Shown piece after piece: positions 13,505 through 21,571 of a stretch of DNA of 64,000 bases. The DNA is from Terriglobus sp. Its GTDB lineage: Bacteria > Acidobacteriota > Terriglobia > Terriglobales > Acidobacteriaceae. A model generated the notes under the pieces. The model did no database searches. It had not been told where the DNA came from and saw only the letters and a program-made list of their open reading frames with translations. The translations under genes and the position numbers were made by a program. The DNA is taken from assembly GCA_965200815.1 (NCBI GenBank), contig OZ241387.1, forward strand, positions 17,112 through 81,111, read 5' to 3'. Numbering within the stretch: position 1 is the stretch's first letter; each line of letters begins with the position of its first letter.

Positions 13505-15870
13505 GTTGCTGCTCCAATTGCAGAAACTTGGTCTGCACGGGGACGTTCGGCGGCGGGCGTGCCCGCGCCTGGCCCGCCGACCCCGGGCGGTTTCCACCCG
13601 AGCAGCCTCAGCGCGTTCATCGTCACCAGCACGGTTGCGCCCGTGTCGGCCAGGATCGCCGGCCACAGCCCGGTCAGACCCGCCAGTGTCGTCACCAGGA
13701 ACACCAGCTTGAGGCCGACCGCGACGGCCACGTTCTGCTTGACGTTGGACAGCGTCGCACGCGACAGCGCCACCAGCTCGGCCACGCCAGACACGCGCTC
13801 ACGGAGCAGCGCGGCGTCGGCCGTTTCCAGCGCCACGGCCGTCCCGCCTCCCATGGCAACGCCCACGCTGGCCGCGGCCAGGGCCGGTGCGTCGTTGATG
13901 CCATCGCCCACCATGACAACCGGGCCGCGCGCCTTGAGCGCCTCGATCTCCCGCAGCTTCTGGTCGGGCAGCAGCCCGGCGCGCACGTCCATGCCGAGCG
14001 CGCCCGCGATGGCGCGCCCGGTGCGCTCGTTGTCACCGGTCAGCATGACGGAAGCCACTCCCATGCGCTTCAGCGTGGCGACTGCATCACGTGCATCTCC
14101 GCGCGGCTCGTCCCGCAAGGCGAGCACGCCCAGGGCGCGGCCGTCCCGCAACACGACCACAGCTGTCTTGCCCTGCTCCTCCAGCGCGGTGATCCGGACC
14201 GCCAGGCTTGAAAGGTCGGCACCCTGTTCGGCCGCGTAGCCCGGGCTGCCAACCGCGATGCGCGCGCCCTCGACCAGGGCGACGGCCGCCTTGCCGGGTA
14301 CGGCGCTGGCTTCGGTGGCCGGCGGCGGCTGGATGCCCCGCGCCTCGGCTGCTTGCAGCACGGCGACGGCGAGGGGGTGGGCGCTGCCCGCCTCGACACC
14401 AGCCGCCGCGCGCAGCAGCGCCGCCTCGTCCACGCCATCAGCCGTCAGCACGTCCGTCACGAGCGGGCGCCCGGCGGTGAGCGTGCCGGTCTTGTCAAAG
14501 GCGACCGTCGCCGCCTTGCCGATCGTCTCCAGCGCAGCGCCGCCCTTGACCAGCAAGCCGCGGCGCGCTCCGGCCGAAAGTCCCGACGCCATGGCCGCCG
14601 GGACCGAAATGACGAGGGCGCAGGGGCAGGCAATCAGCAGCACGGCCAGGCCGCGGTAGACCCAGGTGCCCCAGTCGCCGCCGAACAGAAGGGGCGGCAC
14701 CAGGATGACAAGCGCCGACACAACCATCGCACCCGGCGTCCAGTAGGTGCTGAACTTCTCGATGAAACGCTGCGTCGGCGCGCGGCTGGCCGTCGCCTCC
14801 TCCACCATCTTTACAATGCGGCTGAGCGTGTTGTCGGCGGCCGTTGCGGTCACACGGATGCGGAGCAGCGCGGCGGTGTTGACCGACCCGGCGACGACCG
14901 CCTCGCCGACGCCGCGGCTCACCGGGACGCTCTCGCCCGTTACCGGGCTTTCGTCCACTGCGGACTGGCCCTCGACGATCATGCCGTCGCACGGGATGCG
15001 GTCGCCAGGCCGGGCCTGCACGATGTCGCCCAGGCTCAATCGGTCGGCTTGCAGTTCGACGGCCGCACCGTCGCGCTCAACCCGCGCCGTGCGGGGGATC
15101 AGGTCGGCTAGGGCCTTGATGCCGGACCGGGCTTGGCCTGCCGCGACGTTCTCAAGCATCTCGCCGACCGCGAACAGCAGCACGACGATGGCAGCCTCCT
15201 CGGCGGCGCCAATGAACACCGCGCCCACCGCAGCGGCCACCATCAGCGTCTCAATGGAGAACGGGGTGCCAGCGAGGGCCAACGCGAACGCGCGGCGGCC
15301 GAAGGGGAACACGGCGACAAGGGTTGCCGCGACGAAGATCCAGTATGCCTCCGCCGGGAACAGGAGCGAGGCGCCATAAGCCACGGCGACCAACGCGCCA
15401 AGCAGCCACACCAGCTTGGCTTTCCCTGTTCGCCACCAGGCCACGCCAGCGCGCTCCTCGGCTTCGTCCTCCTCGCTGTGCGCATGCATGTGCCCTGCGT
15501 GCGATCCGCCGTCGGAGTGGCTGTGCCCGGCGTGGTCGTGCTCAGCACGGTCATGGTCCGCGTGGTCGTGCCCGGCGTGGTCATGTCCCACATGGTCGCT
15601 GGTTGTCGGCGCCGCAGCCTTGCCCTGCCCTTGCCGGAGGGTCGCCTGGTAGCCCAGGGCGCCTACCGCGCGTGCCACGGCTGCGGGGTCGCTTCCCGGG
15701 GCGACGCGTGCCGTCAGCGTCTCTGCCATCAGGTTGACCTGAATGCCCCCGATGCCGGGCAGCCGCGACACGGCCTTCTCGACCTTGGCGACGCAGGACG
15801 CGCAGTCCATGCCCTGCACCTTCCAGGTCGTGACTTCCCCAACTGCCTCGTTCCTCGTGCCGTCCGGCAT
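13501..15870 (-). CDS. zntA: Heavy-metal translocating P1B-type ATPase (Zn/Cd/Pb type)
   Basis: HMA domain GMDCASCVAKVE; His-rich stretch HVGHDHAGHDHADHDRAEHDHAGHSHSDGGSHAGHMHAH; CPC in TM6 (IACPCALVISVP); DKTGTLT; GDGINDAPAL. I prefer ATG 15870 (GGAG 8 nt upstream) over 15936. Confidence 0.9.
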   Translation of the reverse strand: MPDGTRNEAVGEVTTWKVQGMDCASCVAKVEKAVSRLPGIGGIQVNLMAETLTARVAPGSDPAAVARAVGALGYQATLRQGQGKAAAPTTSDHVGHDHAGHDHADHDRAEHDHAGHSHSDGGSHAGHMHAHSEEDEAEERAGVAWWRTGKAKLVWLLGALVAVAYGASLLFPAEAYWIFVAATLVAVFPFGRRAFALALAGTPFSIETLMVAAAVGAVFIGAAEEAAIVVLLFAVGEMLENVAAGQARSGIKALADLIPRTARVERDGAAVELQADRLSLGDIVQARPGDRIPCDGMIVEGQSAVDESPVTGESVPVSRGVGEAVVAGSVNTAALLRIRVTATAADNTLSRIVKMVEEATASRAPTQRFIEKFSTYWTPGAMVVSALVILVPPLLFGGDWGTWVYRGLAVLLIACPCALVISVPAAMASGLSAGARRGLLVKGGAALETIGKAATVAFDKTGTLTAGRPLVTDVLTADGVDEAALLRAAAGVEAGSAHPLAVAVLQAAEARGIQPPPATEASAVPGKAAVALVEGARIAVGSPGYAAEQGADLSSLAVRITALEEQGKTAVVVLRDGRALGVLALRDEPRGDARDAVATLKRMGVASVMLTGDNERTGRAIAGALGMDVRAGLLPDQKLREIEALKARGPVVMVGDGINDAPALAAASVGVAMGGGTAVALETADAALLRERVSGVAELVALSRATLSNVKQNVAVAVGLKLVFLVTTLAGLTGLWPAILADTGATVLVTMNALRLLGWKPPGVGGPGAGTPAAERPRADQVSAIGAAT

Positions 15871-15898
15871 GCCACCGCTCCGAATATCTGCTGGACAC

Positions 15899-15929
15899 GG
15901 TCTACGGCCTGTAGCCACTAGAGGAGCAA
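15899..15929 (-). promoter_or_regulatory. MerR-type promoter: TTGCTC-N19-TAGACC with imperfect dyad CCTGTAG-CCA-CTAGAGG in the spacer
   Basis: On the minus strand, -35 is 15924-15929, the 19-nt spacer is 15905-15923 and -10 is 15899-15904. This is about 30 nt upstream of zntA ATG 15870 and divergent from the ZIP gene. A 19-20 bp spacer carrying a dyad is the hallmark of MerR-family promoters. Confidence 0.5.
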
Positions 15930-15954
15930 GCCCCAATTGACCCCGGTGTCGTCC

Positions 15955-16647
15955 ATGAGCAGCCTGCCAATCTGGTTGATCGCCTTTGTTCCGGTCCTAG
16001 CGACCCTTGGCGGTGCTTGGATCGCCTTGGTGCGACCTCCGGGTCGATCCACGGTGAGTGCGGTTCAGCATCTGGCAGCGGGCGTGGTTGTGGCGGCTGC
16101 GGCTGCCGAGGTGTTGCCGGGATTGAAGCATTCCGGGGCCGAGTGGGCCGTGGCCTTCGGCGGCGGTGCGGGCATTGTCCTGATGCTGGGCATCCGCTGG
16201 TTGGACGAACAATTGAAAGGGACGACGGGGATGCTGGTGACCGTCGGGCTGGACGTTCTTGTAGACGGCCTGGTGCTGGGCGCTGCAGCGACCGCCGGAG
16301 AGCGAGCGGGCCTTCTCCTCACCATCGCGCTGACACTTGAGGTGCTCTTCCTGGGCCTGTCGCTCGCTCCGGCGCTGGCTGAACGGATGGGCACGAAAGC
16401 AAAGGTGCTGGCCGTCATAGGCTCGCTCGTGCTGCTCCTGCCACTCGGCGCCGCAACGGGTGGGTTCATCACTGGCCTACCCAGGTTCTGGCAGGACTGC
16501 TTCCTCGCCTTCGCCCTCGTGGCCCTGCTCTACTTGGTCGTCGAGGAGTTGCTCGCCGAAGCGCACGAGGTTCCGGATACCCCCATAGCAACCGCCTTGT
16601 TCTTCGTCGGATTCCTGGGCCTGCTCGTCTTGGACGGCCTGGCCTGA
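15955..16647 (+). CDS. ZIP-family-like divalent metal permease
   Basis: About 230 aa and polytopic. HLAAGVVVAAAAAEVLPG, VGLDVLVDGLVLG and VVEELLAEAHE resemble ZupT/GufA-type ZIP signature helices, though they are His-poor. ATG 15955 (alternative TTG 15937). Confidence 0.6.
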   Translation: MSSLPIWLIAFVPVLATLGGAWIALVRPPGRSTVSAVQHLAAGVVVAAAAAEVLPGLKHSGAEWAVAFGGGAGIVLMLGIRWLDEQLKGTTGMLVTVGLDVLVDGLVLGAAATAGERAGLLLTIALTLEVLFLGLSLAPALAERMGTKAKVLAVIGSLVLLLPLGAATGGFITGLPRFWQDCFLAFALVALLYLVVEELLAEAHEVPDTPIATALFFVGFLGLLVLDGLA

Positions 16648-16713
16648 GATCCAGAGCTTGATCATGCCACCGCTATCCCGACATAGCTGTAACAGTTACA
16701 GGATTGGACCGAC

Positions 16714-17163
16714 ATGAGCGAGGCGGGTTACGCGATCGGAGACTTGGCCCGGCAGACGGGAACCACCGTCGAGACGATCCGATGGTACGAACGGGACGGC
16801 ACGATGCCAGCGCCCGCGCGCACCGAGGGCGGTCGGCGGCTCTACACCCAGGCTCACCTGGATCGCCTGGCGTTCATCCGGCATGCCCGGGAACTCGGTT
16901 TCCCGCTCGGGGATGTTCGCGCGCTCCTCCAATTGACCGACAAGCCAGAGAGTTCGTGCGCCGAGGCCGATATGATCGCACGGGGACATCTAGGCGCTGT
17001 ACGAAGCCGTATCGCGCGCCTGAAGGCACTAGAGGCGGAGCTGGAACGCATGCTGGATGCCTGCGAGCACGGAAAGGTGGCGGTGTGCAGGGTTATCCAG
17101 GTGCTCGCCAACCATTCGCATGAGCATTGCGTCGCACCTGGACATGGAGGAACGGGACTTTGA
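16714..17163 (+). CDS. MerR-family metal-responsive regulator (CadR/PbrR/ZntR-like)
   Basis: HTH IGDLARQTGTTVETIRWYERDG. The Cys triad spacing is typical of CadR/PbrR (C in SSCAEAD; CEHGKVAVC). A His-rich tail (HSHEHCVAPGHGG) follows. Confidence 0.85.
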   Translation: MSEAGYAIGDLARQTGTTVETIRWYERDGTMPAPARTEGGRRLYTQAHLDRLAFIRHARELGFPLGDVRALLQLTDKPESSCAEADMIARGHLGAVRSRIARLKALEAELERMLDACEHGKVAVCRVIQVLANHSHEHCVAPGHGGTGL

Positions 17164-17639
17164 CAAGAGGTGAGGCCGTCCTTGGGAGATCTATAATCTT
17201 ACGAGAAGGGTCCTATGGACCTGTCCGGTTAAGAAGTTTCAAGGCTTCGGTAAAGCTGCTATCGGTCGGTGCGGCGCTTTGCCTCATTGCGTGCACGGCG
17301 ACAATCAGCTCTCCCCCTCTGGCCTATACCGTTCAGGGTGGTTACGACGATATCGCGAGTTGCATATACCGGGGTGCGGAAGACACGCACACTTTCGGAC
17401 GCGACATCCATTTGACTCGTTTGACCAACCCGCCAGAGATCAGGGTGGCCGTATCAAGTGCGACATCACGTGGGTCGGTAGTGTCTCTCTCCTGGGAGAT
17501 CGAGTTGTTCCCTGCGGGATCGGCGACGCGGCTGCTCGTGCGTCAGGCAGGGACGCTTGTCGACTCTCAGCCGTTTTGGGCGTCGTTCCTAGAGCCGATG
17601 ATCACCCGTTGCGCCGGTTCACGTCCGGTTCCGGCATAA
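17127..17639 (+). CDS. Putative lipoprotein; 5' end problematic (possible 1-nt frameshift or non-canonical start)
   Basis: The lipobox-like signal KLLSVGAALCLIAC (Cys codon at 17292-17294) is only preceded in frame by ATG 17127, which lies inside merR. A well-placed ATG 17215 (GAAGGG upstream, TATAAT at 17192-17197) is in the +1 frame and stops after 5 codons. Confidence 0.45.
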   Translation: MRRTWTWRNGTLTRGEAVLGRSIILREGSYGPVRLRSFKASVKLLSVGAALCLIACTATISSPPLAYTVQGGYDDIASCIYRGAEDTHTFGRDIHLTRLTNPPEIRVAVSSATSRGSVVSLSWEIELFPAGSATRLLVRQAGTLVDSQPFWASFLEPMITRCAGSRPVPA

Positions 17640-17797
17640 GGCGGCCATCCTATTCGACGGAGGGTCGTCAAAGCGGTGAACCTGCATAAACCGGAGCAGA
17701 CGGTCATACCGCAGATGGGCAAGTTGCCGCTTCGCGGAGACCAGCGTCCCGCACCGAACTTGGGAAGGCGGCAAACACCGCCCTCCCAGCCGAGAAC

Positions 17798-18070
17798 TCA
17801 AGGCTTCGGTGGTGCGCTCTTGTCCCGATGGCCTTGCTCGTCGAGATCGCCGGGCTTATGGCCCGGGTGATCATGGTGAGGACCCGGCTTCTCGGTCACG
17901 CTCTTGTCCCGGTGGCCATGCTCGTCGAGATCACCCGGCGTATGGCCAGGGTGGTCGTGGTGCTGTCCGGGCACCTCTTTCGCGGCCTGATCGCGATGGC
18001 CGTGTTCATCGAGATCGCCTGGCTTGTGGCCGGGATGATCATGGTGAGGACCTGGCTTTTCCTGTGACAT
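17798..18070 (-). CDS. His-rich triple-repeat protein (90 aa), no signal peptide
   Basis: ATG 18070 with AAGGAAG upstream. It contains three ~29-aa repeats KPGPHHDHPGHKPGDLDEHGHRD (diverged ~87-bp tandem DNA repeats, about 17810-18067). Confidence 0.6.
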   Translation of the reverse strand: MSQEKPGPHHDHPGHKPGDLDEHGHRDQAAKEVPGQHHDHPGHTPGDLDEHGHRDKSVTEKPGPHHDHPGHKPGDLDEQGHRDKSAPPKP

Positions 18071-18188
18071 GTCTCTTCCTTGCTTTTCTCTTGGTTGGGC
18101 CGTGCACAGGTTGAACGTGGAGGCTGAGAGACTCCCGCTACCCGTGGCGCCGTGTGAAGCAAAGGTGCATTCGCACGACGCCGACCAA

Positions 18189-18219
18189 TGGCTAATGCCT
18201 GTAGTCACTATAGGAGCAA
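18189..18219 (-). promoter_or_regulatory. MerR-type promoter: TTGCTC-N19-TAGCCA with dyad CCTGTAG-TCA-CTATAGG
   Basis: On the minus strand, -35 is 18214-18219, the spacer is 18195-18213 and -10 is 18189-18194. The architecture and most bases match the site at 15899-15929. It lies about 120 nt upstream of the His-rich ORF. Confidence 0.45.
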
Positions 18220-18291
18220 TGCTTTTACGCGGCTTGCACGGATTGGTGATCCGATCCTCAGTCAGGTGGTCGCAGGCACCGTTCCTTTCCC

Positions 18292-18642
18292 CTACTTGGG
18301 CAGACCCGTCTGCGGTCCCTGGACGGACCCGGTGTTTGGCACCAGGCCGGGCGGGGAGACCACGTCGGAATGCGCGGCGTTCGCCGACCCACGTGCGCCC
18401 GGCAAGGCGTTCACGGGATCGACGCCGCGAGCGGCCTCACCTGCAATGGCCCCCGAAGGTGACGTGAGATGCTGGGGCGCGTCGGTATGAGGTGCCGACG
18501 CGCTACCCGGCAGGGCATGCGGGACGACGATCCCCTGTGCCTGTCCGGTGTCGGGAACGCGAGGCGCCTCCGCTCGCGCCCCAACGGTAAAGGCGCCCAA
18601 GGCAATGAAAGCGGCGAGCGCGAGTTGAGTCGAACGTGTCAT
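18292..18642 (-). CDS. Secreted hypothetical protein (116 aa) downstream of the sensor kinase
   Basis: ATG 18642 after GGAGAG; signal peptide MTRSTQLALAAFIALGAFTVGARA; His/Pro/Gly-rich mature part. Confidence 0.5.
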   Translation of the reverse strand: MTRSTQLALAAFIALGAFTVGARAEAPRVPDTGQAQGIVVPHALPGSASAPHTDAPQHLTSPSGAIAGEAARGVDPVNALPGARGSANAAHSDVVSPPGLVPNTGSVQGPQTGLPK

Positions 18643-18711
18643 CGGTGAACTCTCCGGTTTGTTCCCAGCAATCTTCTTGGCTGGCATTAATCGGAGGTGG
18701 CGATGAAATCT

Positions 18712-20097
18712 TTACAACGCTTTGCTCGACCATGACGAAGTATGTCTGCCTGCGGGAAGAATGATCTCGACGCGAAGTCCGCCGCCGTCCGCATCGAGAA
18801 GCCGGATGGTCCCGTTCTCCTGCTCGATGGATTGCCGGACGATCGCCAGACCCAGGCCGACCCCCGCCTTAGGGCCGCCCCGAGACGCATCCAAGCGCTC
18901 GAAGGGTTCGAAGACCCGCTGGCGGTCGGCTTCGGCGATGCCCGGTCCGTCGTCCTCGACGATGATCGTAGCTGCGGCTTCATCCGCCTCCAGCGACACG
19001 CGCGCCCGGGTTCCATAGACCACGGCGTTGCCCACCAAATTCGCGACCGCCCGTTTCAGCGACAGCGCCCTCACGGTTACGGCCAGATGGCGCGGTCCGC
19101 TGTAGGAGGCATCCTGTCCGGCATCGACCGCATCGTCGACCACGGTCTCCAACAGCGTCGCGAGGTCCATTCGCTTTGGAGCCTCGGCTTCCGTGCCAAC
19201 CCGGAGATAGTGCAGCGTCGCCTCGATCATCGCCTCCATCTCATCGAGGTCGGCATCCATCGCGCGCTGAACCTCGGGATCAGCCAGAAACCCGGCGCGA
19301 AGCCGCATGCGAGTGAGCGGAGTGCGCAAGTCATGGCTCACGGCCGCCAGGGCTTGGATGCGGTCGGCAATCAGCCGCTCGATGCGGGCCTGCATCCCAT
19401 TGAAGGCCACGGCGACGTGGCGCACCTCGACCGGCCCATCCTGCGCCACCGTCACGGCTGGACCTCGACCAATCAAGTCCGCGGCGCTGGCCAGGCGGCT
19501 CAGCGGCGAGGTGACCCGGCGCATCATCGCAATGGCAAGTACCGCCACGCCCGCCGTCATCAACGAGGTGGACACGAGTCCAGTGTGACGATCGGAAACG
19601 GTCTGGGTTTGCCGAGCGGTGAAGTTGATGAATGATTCCTCCGACAGCACGGCCGTGCCCTGAATCTCCTGCGCACTAGACGTGATCTTCCGGTCACCAA
19701 GGCGCAGTTGAAACTCGGTCAAGCTGGGCGCCATTTCCTGAAGGCGTTGGGCCATGGAAACTGTCGATGCATTGCTGCGGGTGATTGCCGCCGAGTGGGA
19801 CAGTTCAATCGTGAGCGTGGGTGACGAGAGCGACGTCGCACTAGCGGCCTGGGTCGCCGGCGACGAAGTTCTCACGGCTCGAAGCACGACCGCAAGCCGT
19901 CCCGCCAGTTGGCTGTCCATTAATGCCTGGGCAACTTCCACGGCCTGATTACGGTGGATGACGATGCTCCCGAGATGCACTGCCATCACGGCTCCGAGCA
20001 GCAGGAGCATCACTCGACCATCAAGCCTCTGGCCCCAGGGTACCGGGATCCTGAGCCAGCCGAGGATGCGCGGCATCGCCTGCCGGACCTCCATCAT
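18712..20097 (-). CDS. Sensor histidine kinase
   Basis: Two TM segments and a periplasmic loop; H-box AVSHDLRTPLT; N-box NLVGNAVVYG; G-boxes DDGPGI and GVGLGLAIV. The start overlaps the response-regulator stop (ATGA). Confidence 0.85.
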   Translation of the reverse strand: MMEVRQAMPRILGWLRIPVPWGQRLDGRVMLLLLGAVMAVHLGSIVIHRNQAVEVAQALMDSQLAGRLAVVLRAVRTSSPATQAASATSLSSPTLTIELSHSAAITRSNASTVSMAQRLQEMAPSLTEFQLRLGDRKITSSAQEIQGTAVLSEESFINFTARQTQTVSDRHTGLVSTSLMTAGVAVLAIAMMRRVTSPLSRLASAADLIGRGPAVTVAQDGPVEVRHVAVAFNGMQARIERLIADRIQALAAVSHDLRTPLTRMRLRAGFLADPEVQRAMDADLDEMEAMIEATLHYLRVGTEAEAPKRMDLATLLETVVDDAVDAGQDASYSGPRHLAVTVRALSLKRAVANLVGNAVVYGTRARVSLEADEAAATIIVEDDGPGIAEADRQRVFEPFERLDASRGGPKAGVGLGLAIVRQSIEQENGTIRLLDADGGGLRVEIILPAGRHTSSWSSKAL

Positions 20098-20831
20098 TCC
20101 CGCATGACGTCCGGCACGAACATGTAGCCAGCGCCGCGGACCGTCTTGATCAGCTCCCCCGCCTCGGTCGACTCCATCTTCCGGCGCAAGCGACTGATCA
20201 GCACGTCCACGCTCCGGTCGAAGACGTCACCAAGGCGGGACCGGGACAATTCGAGAATCCTATCGCGGGTCATCACGCGCTGAGGATGTTCGAGGAAGGC
20301 GAGCAGGACATCGTATTCGGCACCGGAGAGTTCGACGGACTCTCCGCCCGGCGCGAGCAACTCCCGCCGCCCGGTATCGAGGCGCCATCCCACGAAGCAG
20401 GCGTATCGGCCACGCGTCGGCCCGCCGCCCGTGGCATCCAGGATGCGCCCTCTCCGCAGAACCGCTCGGATGCGCGCCAGCAGCTCCGCCCGGGAGAACG
20501 GCTTGGGCACGTAGTCGTCAGCCCCTAGTTCGAGGCCCAGGACACGGTCGGTCTCGCTGGCCCGCGCCGTCAACATGATGATGGGCACCGAACCACGGCG
20601 GCGGACCTCGCGGCACAGGTCGAGCCCGGTGACACCGGGCAGCATCACGTCGAGCAGGAGGAGGTCGAACGTCACTCGCTCCATCGCGTCCCACATCTCT
20701 GTCCCGTTGCGGGCTCCGGTGCAGCGGAACCCGTTCTCCTCAAGGAAGCGCAACAAAAGCGCGCGAGTGCCGGAATCGTCTTCGACGACGAGGATCTGGG
20801 GGCTGGCCTGCATGGAAGGTTCGGACTGCAT
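20094..20831 (-). CDS. OmpR/PhoB-family response regulator
   Basis: Receiver domain ILVVEDD...LLLLDVMLPG...DDYVPKPF. Winged-helix C-terminus (LIKTVRGAGYMF). The start is either 20831 or 20813; the longer ORF from 20975 looks spurious. Confidence 0.85.
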   Translation of the reverse strand: MQSEPSMQASPQILVVEDDSGTRALLLRFLEENGFRCTGARNGTEMWDAMERVTFDLLLLDVMLPGVTGLDLCREVRRRGSVPIIMLTARASETDRVLGLELGADDYVPKPFSRAELLARIRAVLRRGRILDATGGGPTRGRYACFVGWRLDTGRRELLAPGGESVELSGAEYDVLLAFLEHPQRVMTRDRILELSRSRLGDVFDRSVDVLISRLRRKMESTEAGELIKTVRGAGYMFVPDVMRE

Positions 20832-20978
20832 CGGTTTATCGTAGGGACAATTTCCGCGGCGTGGCGGCCGAGACATACTTTGAAATAAACCAGCAATCTC
20901 CCGTTCACAAAGAGTGGTCATGGTGCGCCGTCGCCGAGCGCTGTGGGTGCAAGGCCGTTCGGATGGACCTTGCACGCG

Positions 20979-21566
20979 ATGACCATTACCGCCGCCCTTG
21001 CCCTGCTGGCAGCGGCCTCAGCTTGCCCGCAGGGTCACGTGTTCCCTGTGATCGTCACGGAAGAGGCCGAGCCACCCACGGTGGCATCGACATACCGATT
21101 GGACGAGTTGCGCGCCACGGCTCGCCAAGTTGGACATGTCGGGACCCATCCCGTGCTTGGTTTCTACGCCGCCACCTTCGGCTACAGCCTGGAAACATCG
21201 GCCGAGGGCGATTGCCCGAGCGGAACCGTGATCCGATTGATGCTGGGTGCCCGGCATGTCGAGGTGCCATCCGATGCCAAGGCATGGGGCTGCCGCCCAG
21301 AGGTCCTCGCCGAACATTACCTCCTGCACGCCGAAGCCGACATCGCCTCCCTCGGCCAATTGGCACGACAGGTTCAGGCCGCAGTGGATCGCTTGCCGGG
21401 TCGGCCGGACCAGGCGCCTTCGGCGTCAGCCTTAGCATCAGCCGTGGACGACTTGCTTCCCGCTTACGATGCAGATCGCTTGAAGGCATTCGCCGCGTCG
21501 GAGACAGGTTCCGCCGCAAGCCACCTGCGGGATGCCTGCCGCGGTGGAATGCCGGGGTCATTGTGA
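20979..21566 (+). CDS. Hypothetical exported protein upstream of czcC
   Basis: Signal or lipobox-like N-terminus MTITAALALLAAASAC. A His-containing segment (LAEHYLLHAEADI) is present. GC3 is high. Confidence 0.45.
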   Translation: MTITAALALLAAASACPQGHVFPVIVTEEAEPPTVASTYRLDELRATARQVGHVGTHPVLGFYAATFGYSLETSAEGDCPSGTVIRLMLGARHVEVPSDAKAWGCRPEVLAEHYLLHAEADIASLGQLARQVQAAVDRLPGRPDQAPSASALASAVDDLLPAYDADRLKAFAASETGSAASHLRDACRGGMPGSL

Positions 21567-21571
21567 AAACG

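Noticed and set aside
20861-21571. The upstream 237 codons of the 665-aa ORF that would extend czcC
   Set aside because: This part is Arg/Pro/Gly-rich and overlaps the better ORF at 20979..21566 in another frame. A signal peptide and start (GTG 21563/ATG 21572) sit exactly where OEP proteins normally begin.
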